From positions 3,424,001 through 3,488,000 of the forward strand of contig CAVUDP010000002.1 of assembly GCA_963740315.1 (NCBI GenBank): DNA of 64,000 bases. The letters run 5' to 3'. Shown piece after piece: positions 56,285 to 64,000 of this stretch (position 1 is its first letter; each line of letters opens with the position of its first letter). A program made the position numbers and the translations under genes. This stretch comes from an uncultured cyanobacterium. Its GTDB lineage: Bacteria; Cyanobacteriota; Cyanobacteriia; Cyanobacteriales; Nostocaceae. The notes beneath the pieces were generated by a model that ran no database searches, was not told where the DNA came from, and saw nothing but the letters and a program-made list of their open reading frames with translations.

Positions 56285-56406
56285 ATAATCCAGTTACTAA
56301 GAAGATATTCCTAGTAACCGGAAACAAGTGTGTGTGTGTGGTTTTGGAGAAAAAGTTAGATATCCGTGGTTGGTTATTGCTTTTGGGTACTAACTCTTTA
56401 CCCGAT
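56285..56406 (-). ncRNA. Candidate sRNA (~120 nt)
   Basis: Preceded by the box plus -10-like CATATT; C/A-rich tract; 15-bp hairpin whose two mismatches are G.U only on the minus strand. Confidence 0.45.
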
Positions 56407-56425
56407 AGCTTTAATATGACAGGCA

Positions 56426-56445
56426 AATATGACAAGAATATGTCA
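56426..56445 (-). promoter_or_regulatory. Direct-repeat box AATATGACA-N2-AATATGTCA (third copy, extra half-site at 56413)
   Basis: Same motif, just after the kinase stop codon. Confidence 0.7.
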
Positions 56446-56467
56446 GGTTTAATTTTAAGCTCTCCGA

Positions 56468-57748
56468 TTAAACTTTCCTCAACGGCAAACAAACTTGAAA
56501 AATACTACCTTCACCAACTTTACTTTCTACAGTAATTTCGCCACCGTGAGCCTTGAGTATTTGTTGCGCGATCGCCAATCCCAAACCAAAGCCACCAGAT
56601 GAACGAGTACGGGAGCTATCTACTCGATAAAATCGCTCGAAAACCGACGGTAAATCTTCAGATGGGATACCAATTCCGCTATCAATAACTTGAATCGATA
56701 TTCGTCGCAGTTGACTAAATAATTTCAGCTTTACCGTACCGCCTTGAGGAGTATATTTACAGGCATTATCTAACAGGTTTTTCAATGCTTGCTGCAATAA
56801 ATCGGAATCGGCTAATAATGTTACTGGTTGAGATGGTAATTCAGCGACAATACTTAATTCTTTTTCTTCCCCAACTAATTGATATTCATCTGATAACTGC
56901 TTGAGTAAACCAACAATTTCCACACTTTGTAAATCTTTCGGATTCAAGCGTCCTTCATGTCTGGCTAAAAACAACAAATTACCGATAAGAGCGCTCATTG
57001 ATTTAGAAATATCAACAATATTTTCCAAACGCTGACGAGGTAGTTCGCTATTATCTTCAGGTGCGAGCAAACCAACTTGAGCATTACTTAAAATCGCCGC
57101 AACTGGCGCACGTAACTCGTGAGAAGCATCAGCAGTAAATCGCTGTAACTGTTCGTAGGAGCGTTTTGTCGGCTTCATCGCCACTCCACCCAAAAACCAG
57201 CCAACAATTCCTACTATGCTTAAAGTAATCGGTACTCCCACAGATAAATAAAATCGCAATTCTGCTAAATTTTTTCGAGTCTGTTGTAGGGATTTTGCAA
57301 CAAGAATATAGCCGATTTGTTTTTTGCCGTTTTTAATTGGCGAAGTTATTTGACGCAGCCAAAATTGTTGAGAATTAGCTGAATACCAATTAAATTTAAC
57401 GGTTTGAAAGCCTTTTACAACCAAATTCGGTGCGGGACAAATATCATCGTTAATTGGTAAAGGTCTTTTTAAATTATCATACCAGCAAGCATATTCAAGT
57501 CCTTTCGGAACCATTTCTAAAGAAGATTCCAGCGGCACACCTCCAAACTCCACTCGATATTGCCCTTTAGAAGCAGGATATTCAAACTCAAAAACATAAC
57601 TTTGAGTTTTATCTTTTAAATCTTGGTCAAAAACGCGCAGCCGTTCTTTAACTATAAAATAATAAACTACAAAAGCGAAAGTAACCAAAATCCCACCCAT
57701 TGCCAGGGTGAATAAATAAGCTAAACGGCGACGACTACGAGTTAGCAT
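56468..57748 (-). CDS. Membrane sensor histidine kinase
   Basis: 2 TMs, FTADASHELRAP, NLLDNACKY, DSGIG, GGFGLGLAI. Confidence 0.94.
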   Translation of the reverse strand: MLTRSRRRLAYLFTLAMGGILVTFAFVVYYFIVKERLRVFDQDLKDKTQSYVFEFEYPASKGQYRVEFGGVPLESSLEMVPKGLEYACWYDNLKRPLPINDDICPAPNLVVKGFQTVKFNWYSANSQQFWLRQITSPIKNGKKQIGYILVAKSLQQTRKNLAELRFYLSVGVPITLSIVGIVGWFLGGVAMKPTKRSYEQLQRFTADASHELRAPVAAILSNAQVGLLAPEDNSELPRQRLENIVDISKSMSALIGNLLFLARHEGRLNPKDLQSVEIVGLLKQLSDEYQLVGEEKELSIVAELPSQPVTLLADSDLLQQALKNLLDNACKYTPQGGTVKLKLFSQLRRISIQVIDSGIGIPSEDLPSVFERFYRVDSSRTRSSGGFGLGLAIAQQILKAHGGEITVESKVGEGSIFQVCLPLRKV

Positions 57749-57929
57749 CAGTTATCAGTGAGCAGTTATCAGTGAGCAGTGAACAGTGAACAGTTATCAG
57801 TAATCAGTAATCAGTAACCAGTTAGGAGTTATGAGTAGAAAGTAGTGAGTAGCAAGTAGCGAGTTGGGAATTAACTTCTCCTTGTCCCCTTGTCTCCCCC
57901 GAACCCCATCTCCCCCTCTCCCCCTCTCC

Positions 57930-58604
57930 TCAATTCGGTGCATTCAAGCGATAACCCATACCATAGATTGTTTCCAAACAATCCTTTGCACCTACTGATT
58001 CTAAACGCTGTCTTAATCTTCGTACTAAAGTAGTTACGGCGTTGCTTTCTGGTTGGGTTCCCCATTCCCAAAGGGTATCTTCAATTTGTTCGCGCGATTT
58101 TACTTGATTGGGATGGCGTATTAAATATTCCATTAGTTGAAACTCGCGAGTTGATAGCTTGGCTTTTGCTTCTCCCCGCATCAAAGTCAAAGTATTCAGA
58201 TGTAATTCTAAATCTTCCAGTTTGAGAATATCACCCACCCATTGTGGCGATCGCCTTCCTAATGCTCGCACTCTTGCTAAAAGTTCGATTACGTCAACGG
58301 GCTTTACTAAGTAGTCATCGGCACCAGCATCTAAGCCAGTAACTTTATCATCAGTAGTGTCTTTTGCAGTCAGCATTAATACGGGAGCCGTTTTTCCTTT
58401 TTGTCGATACTGGCGACATAATGCTACACCGCTGACTTTAGGTAACATCCAATCTAAAATCAACAGATCGTATTCTTTTTGGGTAATCAGCCACTGTGCC
58501 GTATCACCATCTTCAACCGCATCAACAATATGTCCTACTGCCGATAGCGCCGCGTGCAATGGCTCCAACTGTCTCGCATCGTCTTCTACAAGTAGAATTA
58601 CCAT
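57930..58604 (-). CDS. OmpR/PhoB-family response regulator
   Basis: LLVEDD, LDWMLP, GADDYLVKP, winged helix ETIYGMGY. Confidence 0.94.
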   Translation of the reverse strand: MVILLVEDDARQLEPLHAALSAVGHIVDAVEDGDTAQWLITQKEYDLLILDWMLPKVSGVALCRQYRQKGKTAPVLMLTAKDTTDDKVTGLDAGADDYLVKPVDVIELLARVRALGRRSPQWVGDILKLEDLELHLNTLTLMRGEAKAKLSTREFQLMEYLIRHPNQVKSREQIEDTLWEWGTQPESNAVTTLVRRLRQRLESVGAKDCLETIYGMGYRLNAPN

Positions 58605-58794
58605 AATTACAGTTAACAGTGAACAGTGAACAGTGAACAGTTATAAGATACATTTAAAGTTTTCTAGCAAACAGTAGAGCTATATAAATTGGTAATTGGT
58701 AATCGGTAATCGGTAATCGGTAATTGAAAGATAATTTTTAACTCCTAACTTCTAACTCTTAATCTAAAATCTAAAATCTAAAATCTAAAATGGT

Positions 58795-59187
58795 ATGACT
58801 TCAAGAAACCTTTCTCCTCAATGGCTAAAATTCCTTAAATCTTTAGGAATAGAATTCTGGCTACCTTTACCACTTTTAGGAATAAGTTTTTGGTTTGGCG
58901 GCGGATTATTAACAGAGCGAACTTTAACAGGTTCATCAAACAAGGTAGTTGAATTACAAACCACCCAACCAGATTACGGCAAGAGAATAGCATTTATTAA
59001 AGTAGAAATTTATCCAAAAAAAGGCATTTCCTTAGTAACCGTAACCAAATTAAATAAAGTATATAGACAATCGGAAATTATCTTCGCGACTACACACATA
59101 CCATCTGTAGAAGCAGCGATCGCCAAAGAACTCGGATTACCTCCCGAACAAATAAAAAATAAAATGCGCTACCGCTTAGAACAGTAA
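58795..59187 (+). CDS. Hypothetical membrane-anchored protein
   Basis: LGIEFWLPLPLLG TM; divergent from the TCS. Confidence 0.7.
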   Translation: MTSRNLSPQWLKFLKSLGIEFWLPLPLLGISFWFGGGLLTERTLTGSSNKVVELQTTQPDYGKRIAFIKVEIYPKKGISLVTVTKLNKVYRQSEIIFATTHIPSVEAAIAKELGLPPEQIKNKMRYRLEQ

Positions 59188-59388
59188 TCAGCAATAATTC
59201 CTTGTCCCCCCATCTCCCCATCTCCCCATCCCCTTGTCTCCCCATCTCCCCATCTCCCCATCCCCCCATCCCCCCATCCCCCCCTCTCCCCATTCCTAGA
59301 TTTACCAAAAAGCGCGTACATATACCCATTTCTTGGTAAGTTAGACATAGCATGAAAAAGTTGCAGTTAAGGTAAGTAAGGAGATACG

Positions 59389-60567
59389 TTGAGTAATCAT
59401 CTTGATGCTATTGCCGCACACGGCGGAAAGTTGATAAATCGCATCGCTTCACCCGAACAAAAACAAGAATTTTTGTCAAAAGCTGATAGTTTACCCAAAG
59501 TCGAACTTGATGAACGGGCTGTTTCTGATTTGGAAATGATTGCGATCGGGGGTTTTAGTCCGCTGACTGGTTTTATGAACGAGTCGGACTATAAGCGGGT
59601 AGTTTCGTCCATGCGTTTGGCGAATGGGGTTGCTTGGTCGATTCCGATTACGCTTTCGGTGACGGAGGAAGTCGCGAATTCTTTTAAAGAAGGCGATTTA
59701 ATCCGCTTGGATAATCAAAACGGTGAATTTATTGGGGTATTGGAATTCTCCGAAAAATATAATTACGATAAAAAACAAGAAGCAATTAATGTTTATCGTA
59801 CTGATGAAGATAAGCATCCCGGCGTACAGGTTGTTTACAATCAAGGTTCCGTAAATATAGCAGGTGATGTGTGGTTGTTGGAACGTAAAGACAATCCGCA
59901 ATTTCCTAAGTATCAGATCGATCCAGCCGAATCTAGAAAGATGTTTCGGGAAAAAGGTTGGAAAACTATTGTTGGTTTCCAAACTCGCAACCCCATCCAC
60001 CGCGCTCATGAATATATTCAAAAATGCGCTTTAGAAACTGTTGATGGTTTGTTTTTGCATCCTTTGGTGGGAGCAACAAAATCTGATGACATCCCTGCCG
60101 ATGTGCGGATGCGTTGTTACGAAATATTATTAGAAAATTATTATCCTGATGATAGGGTAATCTTAGCTATAAATCCGGCAGCAATGCGTTATGCTGGTCC
60201 TCGCGAAGCGATTTTCCATGCTTTGGTTCGCAGGAACTATGGCTGTACTCACTTTATTGTCGGACGGGATCATGCTGGCGTGGGTGACTATTACGGTACT
60301 TACGACGCGCAGCACATCTTTGATGAATTTGAGCCGGGAGAATTGGGAATTATCCCGATGAAATTTGAACACGCTTTTTACTGCACCCGCACCAAGCAAA
60401 TGGCGACTGCAAAAACTAGTCCTAGTAAGAAAGAAGAACGGATTCACCTTTCTGGAACCAAGGTACGGGAAATGTTGCGTCGGGGAGAATCTCCTCCAGC
60501 AGAATTTTCTCGTCCAGAGGTAGCAGCAGAATTAGTACGTGCAATGCGAGTTCCAATTAAGGCTTAG
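59389..60567 (+). CDS. sat: Sulfate adenylyltransferase
   Basis: [41 protein letters not shown]. Confidence 0.96.
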   Translation: MSNHLDAIAAHGGKLINRIASPEQKQEFLSKADSLPKVELDERAVSDLEMIAIGGFSPLTGFMNESDYKRVVSSMRLANGVAWSIPITLSVTEEVANSFKEGDLIRLDNQNGEFIGVLEFSEKYNYDKKQEAINVYRTDEDKHPGVQVVYNQGSVNIAGDVWLLERKDNPQFPKYQIDPAESRKMFREKGWKTIVGFQTRNPIHRAHEYIQKCALETVDGLFLHPLVGATKSDDIPADVRMRCYEILLENYYPDDRVILAINPAAMRYAGPREAIFHALVRRNYGCTHFIVGRDHAGVGDYYGTYDAQHIFDEFEPGELGIIPMKFEHAFYCTRTKQMATAKTSPSKKEERIHLSGTKVREMLRRGESPPAEFSRPEVAAELVRAMRVPIKA

Positions 60568-60679
60568 TTGGGGCTTAATGCATCTTTTGCTTTAAAAACC
60601 GTATAAGCTATAGCTTTACATAATCCAATTCAGCCCTTTAATCTGATAGCTGAGGAGTTGAGGGTTGAGGGGTAGACTT

Positions 60680-62884
60680 ATGAAGCGGCGAATATTTTTA
60701 CAAAGAACTGGCTCTATTTTGGCGGTATTGGGAATTACCGAATCGCAATGGTGGACGAAGAGTAGCCGCCTCCAGCAGGCTTTGGCAGATCCGACTCCAC
60801 GCAAGTTGGCGTTATTGGTAGGCATCAATCAGTATCCGCAAATTCCCAAACTTAAGGGTTGTCTGACGGATGTGGAACTGCAAAGGGAACTTTTGATCCA
60901 TCGCTTTGGCTTCCAACCGTCAGATATTCTGTCTTTGACAAACAAGCAAGCAACTAGAGAAGGTATTGAAAATGCATTTCTAGAGCATCTTGTTAAGCAA
61001 GCAAAACCCGGTGATGTGGTTGTCTTCCACTTCAGCGGTTATGGTAGCCGGATTAAAACGAAAAACTTACTTGGCGGGATGGAAAATGCTTTGATTCCCG
61101 CCGATGGTATCCAATTTATCCAAAGTTCGGAGAAAATTGCCAATTATTTATTAGAAGACACTCTAATGCTGATGATGCAGTCATTAGCAACCGAACGTAA
61201 TACGGCAATATTAGACACTAGTTATTACAAACCCAGCATCTGGCAGCCAACGGGAATGAGAATTCGTTCTTGGAAAGCGCCTTTGGAAGGACAGTTTTTA
61301 GCTGAAGAAATCGAGTTTCAAAAGCAACTTACTAAGAAAATTGGTGCCGATAAGTTGAGCGTGTTGCTTGCGTCTAGCTCCAGCTCGCAAGATTTGGCAA
61401 AGGAAATCATGTTTTCTGACTTTAGTGCTGGGTTGTTTACCTACGCTCTAACTCAGTATCTTTGGGAAACGACTCCCGCAAGAACGATTCAAATAAGTTT
61501 ATCTCGCATCGGAAGTTCGATGCTGTCTTTGGGTAGCAAACAAGAACCAGCTTTACTTGCAAAGGACAATCAAACTAAAGCCTTTGCTGCCGCTAATTTT
61601 CTCTCAAAGAATATTTTGGGAGCTTCCGGTGCTGTAACGGATGTAGAAGATGACGGTAAAACCTTTCATTTATGGTTGGGAGGAATACCGCCGCAATTGC
61701 TGGAATTTTATGGAATAAATTCCCAATTTAGCTTTTATTCCGCAGCATCTCCTTCAACTGCACCATTAGTCTTGCGTAGTCGCAACGGTTTGAAAGCAAA
61801 AGCCACCATAAAACAGGTAAGCGATCGAATAACTCCCAAAGTCGGGCAGCTTGTCAGGGAAACAGTGCGAGTTTTACCCAAGGATATTAATTTAAAAATT
61901 GCCCTTGATGACGTTAGTTTAGAAAGAATCGAGCGAGTTGACGCGACAAGTGCTTTTGCTTCGATCGAGCGCGTTTCCAGCGTCATAGCGGGAGAACAAT
62001 CAGCCGATTATTTATTTGCGAAACTACCAGAAAAACAAGTTTCCGAAACGGAAGTAAATAATAATTCAATGGCGATGTCGTCTTCAAGTCGCTATGGCTT
62101 ATTTACTTTGGGAGGTGAGTTAATTCCCGATACTCTAGGAGAAGAGGGAGAAGCATTAAAAGTCGCAGTTTATCGGTTAGCGTCTAAACTCAAAACTCTT
62201 TTAGCGGGTAAATTATGGAAGCTGACTCAAAACGAAGCATCTTCGGGTTTGAGTGTTAAAGCAACTTTAGAAATAGTTAACAATAAGAAAAAGCCGCTTA
62301 CTTTGATGCAGCGTCAAACAAAGCGATCGTTAGGCATGGAAACATCCAGCAATAAAGCACCCGATGGCTCTTCCCCTGGAATTCCTACAGTTTCAACTGG
62401 TAGTAAAATGCGCTACCGAGTAGAAAACACTGGAGACAGACCGCTGTATTTAATATTACTGGGATTAAATAATAGTAAGAATCCAATTGCTCTTTACCCT
62501 TGGTATAAAGATAAAGACTCCGAAGAAAATTCCAGCAAACCCGAACTTCAACAAGTAGTTATTAATCCGGGAGAAACGCTAATAGTACCGAAAACTGCTG
62601 GTTTTGAGTGGGTGATTTCAGGACCTAATTTTTGGTGTGAAACCCAAATAATTATCAGTACATCACCATTCACCCGAACCTTAAAAGCGTTAGAAGAAGG
62701 TAAACATTCCACAGGAGATACACAACGTATTTCACCTTTATTAAATCCTTTAGAAGTAGCTTCTTCGCTTTTACAAGACTTGAATCAAGCCAGCATTAAA
62801 GAAGACGAAACACAAATACCTGCTGATTGGGTGTGGAATGTTAATCATTGGGCAAGCTTTAATTTCGTATTTCAGGTAGTTTGA
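60680..62884 (+). CDS. Caspase-family (C14) pseudo-orthocaspase with DUF4384-like C-terminus
   Basis: KLALLVGINQY, LKGCLTDV, FHFSGYG, ILDTSY; MKRRIFLQ Tat-like start. Confidence 0.85.
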   Translation: MKRRIFLQRTGSILAVLGITESQWWTKSSRLQQALADPTPRKLALLVGINQYPQIPKLKGCLTDVELQRELLIHRFGFQPSDILSLTNKQATREGIENAFLEHLVKQAKPGDVVVFHFSGYGSRIKTKNLLGGMENALIPADGIQFIQSSEKIANYLLEDTLMLMMQSLATERNTAILDTSYYKPSIWQPTGMRIRSWKAPLEGQFLAEEIEFQKQLTKKIGADKLSVLLASSSSSQDLAKEIMFSDFSAGLFTYALTQYLWETTPARTIQISLSRIGSSMLSLGSKQEPALLAKDNQTKAFAAANFLSKNILGASGAVTDVEDDGKTFHLWLGGIPPQLLEFYGINSQFSFYSAASPSTAPLVLRSRNGLKAKATIKQVSDRITPKVGQLVRETVRVLPKDINLKIALDDVSLERIERVDATSAFASIERVSSVIAGEQSADYLFAKLPEKQVSETEVNNNSMAMSSSSRYGLFTLGGELIPDTLGEEGEALKVAVYRLASKLKTLLAGKLWKLTQNEASSGLSVKATLEIVNNKKKPLTLMQRQTKRSLGMETSSNKAPDGSSPGIPTVSTGSKMRYRVENTGDRPLYLILLGLNNSKNPIALYPWYKDKDSEENSSKPELQQVVINPGETLIVPKTAGFEWVISGPNFWCETQIIISTSPFTRTLKALEEGKHSTGDTQRISPLLNPLEVASSLLQDLNQASIKEDETQIPADWVWNVNHWASFNFVFQVV

Positions 62885-63016
62885 TTGCGTAAAAATTCAT
62901 CACAGATGTATTAGAGGAAACACACAGAGTTAACAAAAATATTTATACTACAAATGTAGTAACCGACTCAACGGTCACTACATTTGTGTTTAAATCCACC
63001 TGATTCTTAAAGTACT

Positions 63017-63232
63017 ATGAAAATCAAAAATCAGGTTACGCTTGTTGTGTCAATTATTTTAATCTCTATTGGAACTGCAACTGCTCAGACTCAATCTACG
63101 CCGTCAAACCTCGATTTACAAATAGAAAAATTAGAAGAATTAGAAAAGCTTCAGCGAGAGCAAGAGACAAAAGCTTTTATAGAAAAAGAAGTAGAAGAAG
63201 AAGTCGATCGCAGTGTTGGTTTAAAAAGTTGA
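63017..63232 (+). pseudogene. Probable N-terminal fragment of an exported/membrane protein
   Basis: Signal peptide plus short coiled coil, ending abruptly after EEVDR. Confidence 0.4.
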
Positions 63233-63314
63233 TTGAGGAATAGTTTTTCTAGCTAGAAAAATATAAAAATAAATAGTGTAGATAAGTTGCATTGTAACGT
63301 CTTTGTATATTATT

Positions 63315-63481
63315 CGGACTTACCCAACTGGCACATTCTTCTTGTAGGGGAGGCAAAAAGCGGTGTAGATTAACTTCGGGCTTTATTGCCGTTGTGTGAC
63401 GCATTTATCTCGTTTGAACGTAGGAATAAGGTTTGTAGCGTCACGCACCATCAACCATTTGTGACAATACCGTAAGTTCTG
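63315..63481. mobile_element. Degenerate MITE-like element
   Basis: CGGACTTACCCAACTGGCACA ... TGTGACAATACCGTAAGTTCTG imperfect terminal inverted repeats. Confidence 0.6.
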
Positions 63482-63577
63482 ATTATATTATTTTGATTTG
63501 TATAAGGAATTTAGTGAAATGGTATTAGGGTGCGGCGCATCCTCTGAGACGTAGCAGTGCTACGTCTCTACATTTTT

Positions 63578-64000
63578 TTACAAATATTTCTGCAACAATA
63601 ATTTTAATTTTTCTTTGGTTTTGGCTGGTGCTTTATCCAAAGGTGTCAAAATTGCATATTTTAACGCTGAATGTGCTTCGCTCTGGGGTGGATTTTTACT
63701 CAAACGTTTCACCGTTTCTTGAATTACCTTTTGAGCGTTAACGGCATTTTTTTGTAAATTAGCAACTACCATTTCTACAGTTACACTATCATGGTCGGAA
63801 TGCCAGCAATCGTAATCTGTCGCTAAAGCCAAAGTTGTATATGCAATTTCCGCTTCTCGTGCTAATTTCGCTTCGGTTAAATTTGTCATGCCGATAACCG
63901 TTGCATTCCAACTGCGGTACAAATGCGACTCCGCTTTAGTCGAAAAAGCTGGTCCCTCCATACACACATAAGTACCGCCACGGTGTAAAGTGACATCGGG
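63578..64000 (-). CDS. mtnP: S-methyl-5'-thioadenosine phosphorylase (3' part)
   Basis: [33 protein letters not shown]. Confidence 0.93.
   Translation of the reverse strand, partial: PDVTLHRGGTYVCMEGPAFSTKAESHLYRSWNATVIGMTNLTEAKLAREAEIAYTTLALATDYDCWHSDHDSVTVEMVVANLQKNAVNAQKVIQETVKRLSKNPPQSEAHSALKYAILTPLDKAPAKTKEKLKLLLQKYL

Noticed and set aside
56320..56360. Yfr1 sRNA
   Set aside because: The conserved ACUCCUCACAC undecamer is absent; kept only as an unnamed sRNA candidate

Overview
This 64 kb window looks like chromosomal DNA from a filamentous cyanobacterium (Nostocales, Rivularia/Calothrix-like). That placement is inferred from frequent HIP1 GCGATCGC sites, heptamer STRR arrays, HCP/CTDH, hli and DevBCA genes. 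Core genes include ftsE, queG, dinB, a GyrA/ParC paralog, sigA, gyrB (with a 435-aa HNH intein), miaA, glcD, nnr, mnmA, sat and mtnP. I found no rRNA, tRNA, CRISPR array or transposase. The most interesting signals are: (1) a compact Cpx-like envelope-stress module at 53.4-59.2 kb, where one 11-bp-period direct-repeat box precedes a Spy/CpxP-like gene, an HtrA protease and an ORF-less transcript that looks like an unannotated sRNA, next to an OmpR/HK pair; (2) an orphan protein joining a ClpB middle-domain segment to a Ser-less ACP-like domain; (3) a two-domain tandem glutaminase; (4) a TetR-DevBCA exporter with cargo genes, two matching operators and flanking Uma2 paralogs; (5) short repeats inside coding sequences (in frame in miaA, frameshifting in nnr); (6) a 4x110-bp REP/HIP1 tandem array and nested mini-elements. 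All family assignments come from motif recognition, with no database searches.
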